Below are positions 1-11,734 of a stretch of DNA of 64,000 nucleotides, one piece after another. A program made the translations under genes and the position numbers. The DNA lies in the NCBI GenBank assembly GCA_965214705.1, contig OZ243972.1:1088001-1152000 (forward strand), read 5' to 3'. The DNA comes from Alphaproteobacteria bacterium. GTDB taxonomy: Bacteria; Pseudomonadota; Alphaproteobacteria; UBA828. The number at the start of each line of letters is the position of its first letter. The stretch's first letter is position 1. Under the pieces are notes generated by a model. The model was not told the origin of the DNA, did not search any database, and worked only from the letters and a program-made list of their open reading frames with translations.

Positions 1-10
1 GCCACCCCCT

Positions 11-16
11 TGTCAA
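11..16 (-). promoter_or_regulatory. Possible sigma70 -35 element for a gene beyond the window edge
   Basis: Minus strand reads CTTGACA 13 nt after the methyltransferase stop; the -10 would lie outside the window. Confidence 0.3.
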
Positions 17-29
17 GCGACGCGGGGAT

Positions 30-1370
30 TCAGAGGCGGCGCAGCTCCACGACCGACTCGTAGAGCGCGCTCCCGTTCGCCTTGCCGGCACGGACGCTGG
101 ACTCGACGATGCTGCTGCCGACCCGCGTCTCGCGGGGAACGTGAATGCCTGCCACCTGGAACCCGCGGGACTTGGCGATGGCGGCGAGGAATCGGTCGGT
201 GGGAATCGGCACCCCCTGCAGGATGGAGTTTCCGATCACCACCAGGGCCGTCGTGCCGGGCCGCAAGCACCAGGCCGCGCCGTCGAGGAAGCGCGCGCAG
301 TCGTTGAAGTAGCGCGCCGCGTAGTTGGCCCAGCCGTTGCCGCCGTAGAGTCCCTTGTCGGGGTTGCGCACACGCACCGCCTCGATGGCCTCCCGAATCG
401 CGTCGTCATCGATGGAGAGGTCGAGGTCGATGCGCTCTTCGTCGCGGGCGTTCTGCCAGTAGGTGCCGACGTTGAGTTCCTCCAGCCGCTTCAGGTCGCG
501 CGGCGCGGCGCAGAACCCCAGCCAATAGAGGTGTGGACGGGTATTGCGGTTGTAGTGGTAGTTGTTGAGGTAGGGCGGCGAGGTGACGAGCAGATCCACG
601 CTTCCCTCGCCCAGTTCGGCGTAGCCCTCGAAGAAGGACTGTTCGAAGACGCGCCCGTCGTCGCGCTCAGGATTCGCCCGTGCACCGCCATACCAATCGA
701 TATCGTCCGCCATCTGAGAGAGCTTGGTTGCGATCACGTCGGCTACGTCGTCGTCTTCCACGTCCGCCCGCCCGACGGATGCCTTGCGACCCAGGCTCGG
801 CTCATAGGAGTAGTTGGAGTAGCTCACCATGGTCGCGGCGAAGGCGAGGCGGAACAGCGCGGCGATGGGCGCATCCAGCGTGGCCATGAAATCGAAGGCC
901 AACAAGACCTTGCGCTCCACCGCCGGGCTGTAGAACGGCGCCCGCGTGCGGAAAGCGGCGGGCGGCGACGCCTTTGGCGCACGGCTCTTGCGCTCGCTCT
1001 CCTCCATGAACGCGACGAAGTCCGCGATGCTGGCGCTGAGCCGCTCCGGCGCCAGCCGATGCGCCCCCAGCTTCGCCCGTGCCGCGAAGGCGGCGTAAGG
1101 ATTGATTTCGAAGCCGATGGCGGCGTGGCCGGCGAGGTCGGCCTCGACCAGAGACGTGCCGACACCGGCGAAGGGGTCCAGCACGACGCCGGCCCCCGGC
1201 CCCGGCAGGTGCCTATCCAAGGCATCTTGGACGAACTGCCGAGAGAAACCCGCGATCCAGGGAACCCACCGGTGCACCGGTGTTTCCCGATTGGCCATGA
1301 AGGCGGGATCACGGAAGGCTCCGCGGCTCTCCTTCCGGCCGGCGGATGCGCTTACCGGCGGCTGCGGCAT
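30..1370 (-). CDS. Amino-group DNA methyltransferase (N4-cytosine-like, alpha motif order)
   Basis: SAM-binding motif VLDPFAGVGT precedes catalytic motif VTSPPY; N-terminal PVHRW; 446 aa. Confidence 0.85.
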   Translation of the reverse strand: MPQPPVSASAGRKESRGAFRDPAFMANRETPVHRWVPWIAGFSRQFVQDALDRHLPGPGAGVVLDPFAGVGTSLVEADLAGHAAIGFEINPYAAFAARAKLGAHRLAPERLSASIADFVAFMEESERKSRAPKASPPAAFRTRAPFYSPAVERKVLLAFDFMATLDAPIAALFRLAFAATMVSYSNYSYEPSLGRKASVGRADVEDDDVADVIATKLSQMADDIDWYGGARANPERDDGRVFEQSFFEGYAELGEGSVDLLVTSPPYLNNYHYNRNTRPHLYWLGFCAAPRDLKRLEELNVGTYWQNARDEERIDLDLSIDDDAIREAIEAVRVRNPDKGLYGGNGWANYAARYFNDCARFLDGAAWCLRPGTTALVVIGNSILQGVPIPTDRFLAAIAKSRGFQVAGIHVPRETRVGSSIVESSVRAGKANGSALYESVVELRRL

Positions 1371-1386
1371 GCCGCCCCGCCGGCGA

Positions 1387-2364
1387 TCAGGGGGTCAGGA
1401 TGGTCGAGCCCGTGGTCTTGCGGCCCTCCAGGTCGCGATGAGCCTGGGCAGCCTCGGCCAGCGGGTAGGTCTGGTGGATCTCGATCTTCACGGCGCCTGA
1501 GCGCACCACATCGAAGAGCGCGCCGGCCGATTCCTCAAGCTCCGGCCGCGTGGCGTTGTAGCCGAAGAGCGTGGGCCGCGTGATGTAGGCGCTCTTGGGC
1601 GCGAGGCGGGCTAGGTTGAAGTCGGTAATCGGGCCGGAGGCGTTGCCAAAGCTCGCGAGCGTGCCTAGCCGGGCCAAGCTGTTGAGCGAGCCCTCCAGCG
1701 TGTCGGCGCCGATGGAATCGTAGACCACGGGCACGCCCTGGCCGTCGGTAATTTCCATCACCCGCGCGGCGAAGTCCTCGGTCCGGTAGTTGACCGGGTG
1801 GTCGCAGCCGTGGGAGCGGGCGAGCGCCGCCTTCTCCTCCGAACCGACGGTGCCGATCACCGTCACGCCCAGGTGCTTGAGCCACTGGCACTGGATCAGC
1901 CCGACGCCGCCGGCTGCCGCGTGCACGAGCACGGTCTCCCCGGCCTTCACCGGGTAGGTGCGGCGGATCAGGTACTCGACTGTCATGCCTTGCAGCATCA
2001 TCGCTGCGCCCTGCTCGAAGCTGATGTCGGCGGGGAGCTCCACCAGCGAGCCTGCCGGCATCACGCGGGCCTCGGAATAGCCGCCGGGCGGCGGCGGGCT
2101 GGCGTAGGCCACGCGCATGCCCGCGGAGACATCGGTGACGGCCTCGCCCACGGCCTCGACCACGCCGGCACCCTCCATGCCGATGGTCCAGGGCAGCGAG
2201 GGCACCGGGTAGAGGCCGGTGCGGTGATAGACGTCGATGTAGTTGAGGCCGATCGCCTCGTGGCGCACCAGCGCCTCGCCGGGGCCGGGATCCAGCAGCG
2301 CCACATCCTCGTAATGCAGCACCTCGGGCCCGCCCGCCTCGTGCATCCGCACAGCCTTGACCAT
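1387..2364 (-). CDS. qor: NADPH:quinone oxidoreductase (zeta-crystallin family)
   Basis: GLNYIDVYHRTGLYP, HAAAGGVG, C-terminal AHRDLEGRKTTGSTIL. Confidence 0.9.
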   Translation of the reverse strand: MVKAVRMHEAGGPEVLHYEDVALLDPGPGEALVRHEAIGLNYIDVYHRTGLYPVPSLPWTIGMEGAGVVEAVGEAVTDVSAGMRVAYASPPPPGGYSEARVMPAGSLVELPADISFEQGAAMMLQGMTVEYLIRRTYPVKAGETVLVHAAAGGVGLIQCQWLKHLGVTVIGTVGSEEKAALARSHGCDHPVNYRTEDFAARVMEITDGQGVPVVYDSIGADTLEGSLNSLARLGTLASFGNASGPITDFNLARLAPKSAYITRPTLFGYNATRPELEESAGALFDVVRSGAVKIEIHQTYPLAEAAQAHRDLEGRKTTGSTILTP

Positions 2365-2409
2365 GGTTCTCCCTTTCCTGTCCGGGGCGCCCGCCCGGCC
2401 GCGCTCGGC

Positions 2410-2883
2410 TCAGACCGGAAGCTGCGGCGGAAGCGCGCGTTCCAATGCGAGAAGCTGGCGCTTGGTATCACAGCCGGCGCCGCCGGAGAACCCGCCGAGC
2501 GTGCCGCCTGCACCGACGACCCGGTGGCAGGGGATGATGAGGGGAATCGGGTTGGCGCCGCAGGCGCCGCCGACGGCGCGAGGGGCGCTGTCGAGCGCAC
2601 GGGCGAGGTCGCCGTAGCTGCGTGTTTGACCATAGGGGATCGCCTGCATCGCCGCCCACACCTTGAGGCGGAAGGACGTGCCCGAGGGCGCGAGCGGTAG
2701 CGTGAACTCGCGCAACGTGCCGGCAAAGTATTCGGTGAGCTGGCGCGCGGCCTCCGCCAGCACGCCGCCGTTCGGGCGAGGTCCGCCGCCAAGGCCGAAG
2801 TCGACGGCGGTGATCGCGTTCTCCTCGGCCGTGATCGTGAGCGGGCCGACGGGGCTATCGATGGTGCAATAGGCGGCGGGCAT
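2410..2883 (-). CDS. ogt: Methylated-DNA--protein-cysteine S-methyltransferase
   Basis: IPYGQTRSYG, RAVGGACGANP and active-site PCHRVV. Confidence 0.92.
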   Translation of the reverse strand: MPAAYCTIDSPVGPLTITAEENAITAVDFGLGGGPRPNGGVLAEAARQLTEYFAGTLREFTLPLAPSGTSFRLKVWAAMQAIPYGQTRSYGDLARALDSAPRAVGGACGANPIPLIIPCHRVVGAGGTLGGFSGGAGCDTKRQLLALERALPPQLPV

Positions 2884-2888
2884 GACCC

Positions 2889-4928
2889 TCAGCCCTCCTC
2901 CGGCACCTGCGCCGCCTCGCGGAGCGCGGCTTTAAGGGCCTGCGGTTCCGTCAACGGCAGGGAGCAGACCGGGCCCACGCACACGTAGGCCGTGGCCATC
3001 CCCTCCTGCTGCCCCTTGCCGAAGGCGGGATGTCCGAGCGGCAGCGCCTCCTTTGGCGCGAGCCGGGTCAGCACACGGTTGGGCAGGCTGGTCGCGAACA
3101 CGGCGTCGAGCAGGGCCTGCGTCCCCCCGTCGGCGCGCGCGCCGCAGACCACCACCTGCACCGCGCGGCGCAGCACCTCGCTGTTGTTGGCAAGCGTGGA
3201 GAGCGGCGAGAAGTTCCGCTCCAGCTCGCCAGAGAACGCCGTGACCAGCGCCTCGGCGCGGTCGCGATAGGCCGCCTCGCCAGTGAGATGGTGGAGACGC
3301 GCGAGCACGCCGACCATGGTGCCGTTGCCGGCGGGCGTCGCGGCGTCGTGGGCAGTCTTGGTGCGGCTGATGCTCTTCTCGGCATCGTCGGGCGCGTAGA
3401 AGTAGCCGCCTTCGTCCGTGTCCCAGTAGTGGGCGTCGAGCACCGCGACCCAGCCGCGCGCGCGCTCCACGTAGGCGCCCTCGCCCGTGGTCTCGGCCAG
3501 CATCAGCGCCGCCCGCGCCATCTCGGCATAGTCGTCCAGGAACTCCACGTCCTTGGAGCGGCCGTGCCGCGCGGCGTGGCGGAGCCTGTCACCGGCCGCC
3601 ATGGGCCCCGCGACGTAGTCGAACGCCTCGACCGACGCGTCGAGCCACGCCGGTGCGCCAAAGACCATGGCGGCGTTGGCGAGCGCTGCGATCATCAGGC
3701 CGTTCCAGTCGGCGAGCACCTTGTCATCCCAGCCGGGGCGCTCGCGGCCTGCGCGGCGTTCCAGCAGGATCGTGCGCATACCGGCGAGGCGGGCCTCGTC
3801 CGGAGCCCCATCGGTGCCGGGCGGCAGGAGCCGGTTGAGGATGGTCTTCCCCTCCCAATTGCCGCCGGCACCGACGTCGTAGACGGCCTTGAAATAGGCC
3901 GCGTCTGCCCCGAGCAGTTCGCCGATCTCGGCCTCGTGCCAGACGTAGAATTTGCCCTCTTCGCCCTCGGAATCCGCATCCAGCGCGCTCGCGAAGGCGC
4001 CCTCGCCCGTCCGCATCTCACGCAGCACCCAGGCTACGGTCTCGGCCGCGCGGGCGGCGAAGAGCGGCTCGCCGGTCTCCTGCCAGACATGGCAGAGCAG
4101 GTCGAGCAGCTGGGCGTTGTCGTAGAGCATCTTCTCGAAATGGGGCGCAAGCCAGCGCTCGTCGGTGGAGTAGCGCGCGAACCCGCCGCCCAGGTGGTCG
4201 TAGATGCCGCCCTGGCACATGCGCTCCATGCTCAGCACCACGGCGGTCTTCATCAACTGCGAGCCAGTACGCAGGTAGCTGCGCCAGAGCAGCTCCAGCA
4301 TGGAACATTGCGGGAACTTTGGCGCACCGCCGATGCCGCCGTGGCGTCCATCGACCTCGCGCAGCAGCGAGAGTGCCATGTTCTCTGTTTGTGCCTCGGT
4401 GACGGGGTCGCCGGGCTTGCTTCGGGCGAGACCTTGCAGCGCTTCGACCAGCGCTGTTCTGTTTTTGTCCACCTTTTCGCGGTCGTTGCGGTAGGTCTGC
4501 TCGATCAGGCTCAGCACGTCCTTGAAGCCGGGCCGACCGAAGCGGGGCTCCAGCGGGAAGTAGGTGCCGCCCCAGAAGGGCTCGGCGTCGGGAGTGAGGA
4601 ACATGGTGAGCGGCCAGCCGCCCTGTTGGCCCATGAGCGCGAGCGCCCGCTGGTAGATGGTGTCGAGGTCGGGGCGTTCTTCGCGGTCCACCTTGATGTT
4701 GACGAAGAGCCGGTTCATCAGCCGGGCGGTCTCTTCGTCCTCGAAGCTCTCGTGGGCCATGACATGGCACCAGTGGCAGGCGGAATAGCCCACCGAGAGC
4801 AGGATCGGCTTGTCGGCCTCCTTGGCTTCCGCCAGCGCCTCGGGCCCCCAGGGGCGCCAATGCACCGGGTTGTCCTGGTGCTGCAGGAGGTAGGGACTGG
4901 TTTCCGCGCGGAGCTGGTTCTCGCTCAT
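2889..4928 (-). CDS. Thioredoxin-domain protein (YyaL/SPATA20, DUF255 family)
   Basis: [41 protein letters not shown]. Confidence 0.9.
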   Translation of the reverse strand: MSENQLRAETSPYLLQHQDNPVHWRPWGPEALAEAKEADKPILLSVGYSACHWCHVMAHESFEDEETARLMNRLFVNIKVDREERPDLDTIYQRALALMGQQGGWPLTMFLTPDAEPFWGGTYFPLEPRFGRPGFKDVLSLIEQTYRNDREKVDKNRTALVEALQGLARSKPGDPVTEAQTENMALSLLREVDGRHGGIGGAPKFPQCSMLELLWRSYLRTGSQLMKTAVVLSMERMCQGGIYDHLGGGFARYSTDERWLAPHFEKMLYDNAQLLDLLCHVWQETGEPLFAARAAETVAWVLREMRTGEGAFASALDADSEGEEGKFYVWHEAEIGELLGADAAYFKAVYDVGAGGNWEGKTILNRLLPPGTDGAPDEARLAGMRTILLERRAGRERPGWDDKVLADWNGLMIAALANAAMVFGAPAWLDASVEAFDYVAGPMAAGDRLRHAARHGRSKDVEFLDDYAEMARAALMLAETTGEGAYVERARGWVAVLDAHYWDTDEGGYFYAPDDAEKSISRTKTAHDAATPAGNGTMVGVLARLHHLTGEAAYRDRAEALVTAFSGELERNFSPLSTLANNSEVLRRAVQVVVCGARADGGTQALLDAVFATSLPNRVLTRLAPKEALPLGHPAFGKGQQEGMATAYVCVGPVCSLPLTEPQALKAALREAAQVPEEG

Positions 4929-5120
4929 GGCCGTTCCCGTCTGGTTCGGGCCGCGCGGCAGGGGGCGGCCTTGGGCGGGAGCATAGGGTGCCGGGGCCTA
5001 AGCCACCAGTCTTGGAGGCTGTTGCAGCCGACCGCAGAGAGAACCTGTTCATGGATCAGGCGGCGGGGTAAGGTCGCGCCCGTCGCCTGACCGCGGATTG
5101 TGCCGCGAGCGAGGGTTGCC

Positions 5121-5393
5121 ATGAAGGTCAAGATCGAGATCGACTGCACGCCGGAGGAGGCCCGTGCCTTCTGCGGGATGCCCGACCTGACGGCGGCCCA
5201 CGACGCCATGACAAAGGGCCTGGAGGCGCGCATGGCGGAGGCGATCGGCCAGATCGACCCCGAAGCGCTGCTGAAATCGTGGCTCCCCGGCGGCCTCAAG
5301 GGCTTCGAGTCCATGCAGAAAGCCTTCTGGGAAGGGTTTGGCCAAGCCAGCGGCGGCGCGCCCAAGGGCGGCAGCGGAGGCGGCGCGGGATGA
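5121..5393 (+). CDS. Small conserved alphaproteobacterial protein (DUF6489-like)
   Basis: MKVKIEIDCTPEEARAFCGMPD N-terminus; ATGA overlap with next gene. Confidence 0.75.
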   Translation: MKVKIEIDCTPEEARAFCGMPDLTAAHDAMTKGLEARMAEAIGQIDPEALLKSWLPGGLKGFESMQKAFWEGFGQASGGAPKGGSGGGAG

Positions 5394-5788
5394 GCCGGGC
5401 GGACCCGCCCCTCTACTACCGGCGCCACGTCTTCTGCTGCGTCAACACCCGCGCGCCCGACCATCCGCGCGGCTGCTGCGGCGCGAAGGACTCGGTCAAG
5501 CTGCGCGCCCACATGAAGGCCAGAGCCAAGCAGCGCGGGCTCTCTGACGTGCGCATCAACGCGAGCCAGTGCCTGGATCGCTGCGAGTTCGGGCCGACCA
5601 TGGTGATCTATCCCGAGGGCGTCTGGTATGCGATCAAGACCGTGGCGGACGTGGACGAGATCATCGAGACCCACCTCGTGGGCGGCGGCCGGGTGGAGAG
5701 GCTGATGCTGATGCCCGACCAACCGTTGCCCGACGAGGCGGATGACTTCGGGGAGCCCAGCCGAGCGGCGGCGAGCGCCGCCTCCTGA
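5390..5788 (+). CDS. Thioredoxin-like [2Fe-2S] ferredoxin
   Basis: HVFCCVN..RGCC..CLDRCEFGPTMVIYPEGVWY; start overlaps upstream stop. Confidence 0.88.
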   Translation: MSRADPPLYYRRHVFCCVNTRAPDHPRGCCGAKDSVKLRAHMKARAKQRGLSDVRINASQCLDRCEFGPTMVIYPEGVWYAIKTVADVDEIIETHLVGGGRVERLMLMPDQPLPDEADDFGEPSRAAASAAS

Positions 5789-5838
5789 CCCGGCGCTGGC
5801 CTGCCGCAAGCTCTCGGGCGGCACCCTCTCCATAGACC

Positions 5839-7173
5839 ATGAGCGGCGACACTATCTTCGCGCTGTCGAGCGGAGGCGCGCGCGCCGCCATCGCGGTGGT
5901 CCGGGTCTCGGGCCCCGCGGCGGCGGAAGCGCTGACGCGGATCGGCGGTGAACCGCTGCCTGCGCCGCGCCGGGCTGTGCTCCGGCGTTTCCGTGAGCCG
6001 GAAACGGGCGAGCCGATCGACCAGGGGCTGGCGCTCTGGTTCCCAGGCCCCGGCAGCGCAACCGGCGAGGACATGACGGAGTTTCACGTGCATGGCGGGC
6101 CCGCCGTCATCGCCGCGCTCTGCGATGCGCTCGCTGCGATCCCCGGCCTGCGCCCGGCCGAGCCCGGCGAGTTCACCCGCCGCGCCTTCGAGGCCGGCCG
6201 CCTTGACCTCACGGAAGCGGAGGGGACCGCCGATCTGGTCGCGGCCGAAACCGAAGCCCAGCGGCGCCAGGCGCTCGCCCAGATGGAAGGCGGGCTGCAT
6301 CGGCTCTACGACGGCTGGCGCGACCAGCTCATGGCGCTCCGGGCCAACGTCGAGGCCGCCATCGATTTCTCGGATCAGGAGCTGGGCGAGGATCCGATGG
6401 CGGCGGCGGCGCCCGGTCTTGCGGCGCTGGAGGCCGAGATCGCGGCGCATCTCGACGATTCCCGCCGGGGCGAGCGCCTGCGCGAAGGCTTTTGCATCGC
6501 CATCGTGGGCGCGCCGAATGCTGGAAAATCCAGCCTTCTCAATCGTTTAGCCGGGCGGGACGCGGCCATCGTTTCGACGCGTGCGGGCACCACCCGCGAC
6601 GTGGTCGAGGTGCGCCTGGATCTTGGTGGTTGGCCTATCACCCTCGCCGACACCGCGGGATTGCGCGAGAGCCAGGATGAGATCGAGAGCGAAGGCGTGC
6701 GCCGCGCCCTCGCCCGCGCAGCCAGCGCCGACCTCTCGCTGGTGGTTTTCGATGGCGCGCTTTGGCCCGAGGCCGATGCCCAGAGCCTCGCGCTGCTGGA
6801 CGACGACGCGCTCGCCGTTCTGAACAAGACCGATCTCTTTTCCGCCCCCGTCCCTGCCGAAATTGATGGCCGCTCGGCGCTGGGGGTCTCTTGCCTCACC
6901 GGCGCCGGCATCGACGCGTTGCTGGAGACACTGGCAAACGAGATCGCGCGGCGTTACCCGCCCGGCGGCGCGCCCGCGCTGACCCGCGCCCGTCACCGGC
7001 AGGCGGTCGTGGAGTGCCGCGACGCACTCGCACGCGCCATCGCCGGGCCCGCGGACGAGCGGCTGGCGGAAGAGCTCCGGCTCGCGGCGCATGCACTCGG
7101 CCGCATCACCGGCCGGGTCGATGTGGAGGCGGTGCTCGACCTCGTATTCCGCGATTTCTGTATCGGCAAATAG
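5839..7173 (+). CDS. mnmE: tRNA modification GTPase MnmE
   Basis: DTIFALSS, GEFTRRAF, GAPNAGKSS, GTTRD, DTAG, NKTD, C-terminal FCIGK. Confidence 0.97.
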   Translation: MSGDTIFALSSGGARAAIAVVRVSGPAAAEALTRIGGEPLPAPRRAVLRRFREPETGEPIDQGLALWFPGPGSATGEDMTEFHVHGGPAVIAALCDALAAIPGLRPAEPGEFTRRAFEAGRLDLTEAEGTADLVAAETEAQRRQALAQMEGGLHRLYDGWRDQLMALRANVEAAIDFSDQELGEDPMAAAAPGLAALEAEIAAHLDDSRRGERLREGFCIAIVGAPNAGKSSLLNRLAGRDAAIVSTRAGTTRDVVEVRLDLGGWPITLADTAGLRESQDEIESEGVRRALARAASADLSLVVFDGALWPEADAQSLALLDDDALAVLNKTDLFSAPVPAEIDGRSALGVSCLTGAGIDALLETLANEIARRYPPGGAPALTRARHRQAVVECRDALARAIAGPADERLAEELRLAAHALGRITGRVDVEAVLDLVFRDFCIGK

Positions 7174-7185
7174 GGCGCTTGGCGC

Positions 7186-7214
7186 TTTACGGACGGGCGC
7201 GCGTGTCCTATAGG
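7186..7214 (+). promoter_or_regulatory. Candidate sigma70 promoter of mnmG
   Basis: TTTACG-17 nt-TATAGG in the mnmE-mnmG gap. Confidence 0.35.
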
Positions 7215-7267
7215 GGGCGCCGTTCCCAATGAGCCGAGCCGCAGACTGGGCGGCCGGGAGGGCGGCC

Positions 7268-9169
7268 ATGGGCCGCGAGCGCTTCGATGTCATCGTGATC
7301 GGGGGCGGCCACGCCGGGTGCGAGGCCGCGGCGGCGGCCGCGCGCGTCGGTGCCGCGACGCTCCTCATCACCCAGAAGCGCGAAACCATCGGCGCCATGT
7401 CGTGCAACCCGGCGATTGGGGGCCTCGCCAAGGGCACGCTGGTGCGCGAGGTGGATGCGCTCGACGGGCTCATGGGCCGTGTCGCCGACGAGGCGGGCAT
7501 TCAGTTCCGCGTGCTCAACCGCAGCAAGGGCCCGGCGGTGCGCGGCCCCCGGGCGCAGCAGGACCGCGCGCTCTACCGCGCAACCATGCAGACGGCGCTT
7601 GCGGCCCAGGCGAACCTCACTATCCGCGAGGGCACGGTGGAGGACCTGGCACTTGATGCGACTGCGCAGGCCCGGCCCCGCGTGCGCGGCGTGGTGCTGG
7701 GGGACGGCGAGCTTATACCGGCACCGCAGGTGGTGCTGACCACCGGCACGTTCCTGCGCGGCCTGATCCACATCGGGGAGCGGCAGATCCCGGCGGGGCG
7801 CGTCGGCGATGCACCGGCGACGGGCCTGGCGTTTACGCTGGATCGGCTGGGCTTCCGTCTGGGCCGGCTGAAGACGGGCACCCCGCCCCGGCTCGACGGC
7901 CGCACCATCGACTGGGGCGCCCTGGAGGCGCAGGAGGGTGACCAGCCGCCGGAACCCTTCTCCTTCCTTACCGACGCCATCACGCGGGCGCAGGTGCGCT
8001 GTCACATCACCGCCACCGGGCCCGAGGGCCACGACGTCATCCGCCGCAACCTCGCGCGCTCGCCCATGTATTCGGGCGCGATCGGGAGCCGCGGGCCCCG
8101 CTACTGCCCTTCCATCGAGGACAAGGTGGTGCGCTTCGCCGAGCGTTCGTCGCACCAGATTTTTCTCGAGCCGGAGGGGCTTGACGACCACACGGTCTAT
8201 CCCAACGGCATCTCGACCGCGCTTCCGGAAGACGTGCAGCGGGCACTGGTGGCGACGATTCCGGGGCTGGAGCGGGCGGCGATCCTGCGGCCGGGCTACG
8301 CCATCGAGTATGACCACGTGGACCCGCGCGAGCTGAGCCCCGCGCTGGAGACCGACCGCGTCGAGGGCCTTTACCTCGCGGGCCAGATCAACGGCACCAC
8401 CGGCTACGAGGAGGCCGCCGCTCAAGGGGTCATCGCCGGCATCAACGCCGCGCGGGCGGCTGGCGGTGGGGAGCCGTTCACGCTCGACCGCGCGGAGGGC
8501 TACATCGGCGTGCTGATCGACGATCTGGTGACGCAGGGGGTGAGCGAGCCCTACCGTATGTTCTCGTCGCGGGCCGAGTACCGTCTGCGGCTCCGGCCGG
8601 ACAATGCGGACCGTCGGCTCACGGAACGGGGCATCGAGGTAGGCTGTGTGGGCGGGAAGCGAGCGCGGCGCTTCGCCGCCAAGAGCGCGGCACTGGCCGA
8701 GACCGAACGCCTTCTCGACTCGCTCGACGCTACGCCCGACACGCTGCGCCACCACGGCATTGCGGCGAACCGGGACGGGCGCCGGCGCAGCGCCCGCGAG
8801 CTGATCGGCTATCCCGATGTGAGCCTGGAGCCACTTGCGATGCTCTGGCCGGCACTGACGGAGCTGGAGCCCGAGATCGTCCAAGCCCTGGAGAACGACG
8901 CCCATTACCGGGGCTATTTGGAGCGGCAGGAGGCGGATATCGCGGCCTTTCGCCGTGACGAGGCGCTCAGGTTGCCGGGGAACTTCCGCTTCGACAGGGT
9001 GGGCGGGCTCTCTCACGAGATGCGCCAGCGCCTCGCCGCTGCGCGGCCCGCGACCCTCGGCGCGGCCGGACGGGTGCCGGGAGTGACGCCGGCGGCGCTG
9101 ACGGCATTGCTCGCCCATGTCCGCAAGACGGAGCACCGCAAGAGTGCGGCGGAGGCCGGGCGCGGCTAG
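7268..9169 (+). CDS. mnmG: tRNA uridine 5-carboxymethylaminomethyl modification enzyme MnmG (GidA)
   Basis: [51 protein letters not shown]; start placed after GGGAG (alternative 7229). Confidence 0.97.
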   Translation: MGRERFDVIVIGGGHAGCEAAAAAARVGAATLLITQKRETIGAMSCNPAIGGLAKGTLVREVDALDGLMGRVADEAGIQFRVLNRSKGPAVRGPRAQQDRALYRATMQTALAAQANLTIREGTVEDLALDATAQARPRVRGVVLGDGELIPAPQVVLTTGTFLRGLIHIGERQIPAGRVGDAPATGLAFTLDRLGFRLGRLKTGTPPRLDGRTIDWGALEAQEGDQPPEPFSFLTDAITRAQVRCHITATGPEGHDVIRRNLARSPMYSGAIGSRGPRYCPSIEDKVVRFAERSSHQIFLEPEGLDDHTVYPNGISTALPEDVQRALVATIPGLERAAILRPGYAIEYDHVDPRELSPALETDRVEGLYLAGQINGTTGYEEAAAQGVIAGINAARAAGGGEPFTLDRAEGYIGVLIDDLVTQGVSEPYRMFSSRAEYRLRLRPDNADRRLTERGIEVGCVGGKRARRFAAKSAALAETERLLDSLDATPDTLRHHGIAANRDGRRRSARELIGYPDVSLEPLAMLWPALTELEPEIVQALENDAHYRGYLERQEADIAAFRRDEALRLPGNFRFDRVGGLSHEMRQRLAAARPATLGAAGRVPGVTPAALTALLAHVRKTEHRKSAAEAGRG

Positions 9170-9174
9170 ATCGG

Positions 9175-9804
9175 ATGGAGCCGGGCGAGGCCTTCCGGCG
9201 CGATGTTTCACGTGAAACACGCGAGCGGCTCGAGATCTACGAGACCCTACTCCGGCAACGGCAGCGACGCGTCAACCTGGTCTCGGCCGCGTCGCTGCCC
9301 GCGCTCTGGACCCGTCACTTTCTGGATTCAGCGCAGCTCGCCCCCCTGCTCGCCGACGATTCCGTGGGCCACACAGTCGATGTTGGCAGCGGCGCCGGCT
9401 TCCCCGGCATGGTGCTCGCGATCCTCGACACGGATCGCCGCGTCTCCTTGGTCGAGGCCAACGGCAAGCGCTGCGCCTTCCTGCGCGAGGTAGCGGCCGC
9501 CACCGGCACCGAGGTCTCCGTCATCGAAGGCCGGCTCGAGGCGCCGGAGGTCCGGGCCGCGCTTAGCCCCGCCGGCACGATCGTCGCCCGTGCCTGCGCG
9601 CCGCTGGTCGATTTGCTAGGTCTGGTTTTTCCCGTGCTGGACTCTCATACATATTGTATATTCCCGAAGGGACGCCGCTACCGGAGCGAGCTGGAGGAGG
9701 CCCGCTGCCGCTGGGATTTCGGGGCAGACATCGTCCCCAGCCAGACGGCGGCCGAGGCGCGGATACTGAGGATCAGCGATGTCCAACGGCGCTGCCGCTC
9801 TTGA
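9175..9804 (+). CDS. rsmG: 16S rRNA m7G527 methyltransferase RsmG (GidB)
   Basis: [25 protein letters not shown]; position between mnmG and parA. Confidence 0.95.
   Translation: MEPGEAFRRDVSRETRERLEIYETLLRQRQRRVNLVSAASLPALWTRHFLDSAQLAPLLADDSVGHTVDVGSGAGFPGMVLAILDTDRRVSLVEANGKRCAFLREVAAATGTEVSVIEGRLEAPEVRAALSPAGTIVARACAPLVDLLGLVFPVLDSHTYCIFPKGRRYRSELEEARCRWDFGADIVPSQTAAEARILRISDVQRRCRS
9204..9219. promoter_or_regulatory. parS centromere site
   Basis: Perfect palindrome TGTTTCACGTGAAACA inside rsmG, just upstream of parAB. Confidence 0.93.
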
Positions 9805-10626
9805 GCCAGGCGCAGCGGGCGCGCCGGCCCCAACGGGCCGGCCTCGGATCATCGCAGTCGCGAACCAGAAGGGCGGCGTCGGCAAGACCACCACCGCCAT
9901 CAACCTAGGCACCGCGCTCGCGGCTGCGGGACGGCCGGTGCTTCTCTTCGACCTGGACCCGCAGGGGAACGCCAGCACCGGCCTCGGCATCCCGCCGGCG
10001 GAACGCGCGCCCGGCTCCTACGGGCTTCTGCAAGGCGCACCGCTCGCTACGGCCCGGCGGCATACCACGGTGCCGGGGCTTTCCGTGGTGCCGGCGACCC
10101 GCGATCTCGCGGGCGCCGAGATCGAACTCTCCCAAGCCCCCAGGCCGCAGCATTGCCTGAGGGAGGCGCTGGCTCCGGCACTCGCGGACGAGAGCACGCT
10201 GTCCCACGTGCTGATCGACTGTCCGCCATCACTTGGCATGCTAACTGTCAATGCCCTAGTCGCGGCCGACTCGGTGCTGGTGCCGCTGCAGTGCGAGTTT
10301 TTGGCCCTGGAGGGGCTGAGCCAGGTGCTCAGCATCGTCGAGCGCGTGCGCACCGCCTTCAACCCGGCGCTCCACGTGCAAGGCATCGTGCTCACCATGT
10401 ACGACAAGCGGAACAACCTCTCCGCCCAAGTGCGCGACGACGTGCGCACGCACCTGGGCGATGCGGTGTATGAGACCATCATCCCACGCAACGTGCGGGT
10501 TTCGGAGGCACCGTCCTACGGCGTTCCCGTTTTGCTCCACGATTTCCGCTGCCCCGGCGCCCAAGCCTACGCCCACCTGGCCGGCGAGCTGCTGCGGCGC
10601 GAGCGAATTCAGAAGGAGAGCGCAGC

Positions 10627-10630
<4 letters not shown>
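9779..10630 (+). CDS. parA: Chromosome partitioning ATPase ParA
   Basis: [41 protein letters not shown]; start uncertain. Confidence 0.96.
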
Positions 10631-11550
<920 letters not shown>

Positions 11551-11569
11551 GGCGCCAATTAAGCCGTAA

Positions 11570-11625
11570 AATCAGCGCCTTACGGGGGGTATAGACTTTT
11601 AGATGCCTTGCCAATGAATTAGTTG
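11570..11625 (+). promoter_or_regulatory. Two IHF-like sites in an AT-rich patch
   Basis: AATCAGCGCCTTA (11570-11582) and AATGAATTAGTTG (11613-11625), each one mismatch from WATCAANNNNTTR. Confidence 0.35.
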
Positions 11626-11734
11626 CGACTTGTCTCCGGGCGGTGGTCCGATAGCGGTCGGGGATCACGCTCCTCTGCGGCGCGCTCCTCCGCCAGCGCC
11701 GATTATCCAGATGCTCCTGCCCGGCAAAGACCAC

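Noticed and set aside
3030-5090. 686-aa antisense ORF (similarly 7208-9220, 43352-45502, 59916-61475)
   Set aside because: Mirror frames of real genes caused by GC3 bias
6080-6095. GTTTCACGTG parS half-site in mnmE
   Set aside because: Second half does not match; explained by the conserved EFHVHG peptide
9203-9493. ORFs starting MFHVKH on both strands
   Set aside because: Artefact of the parS palindrome
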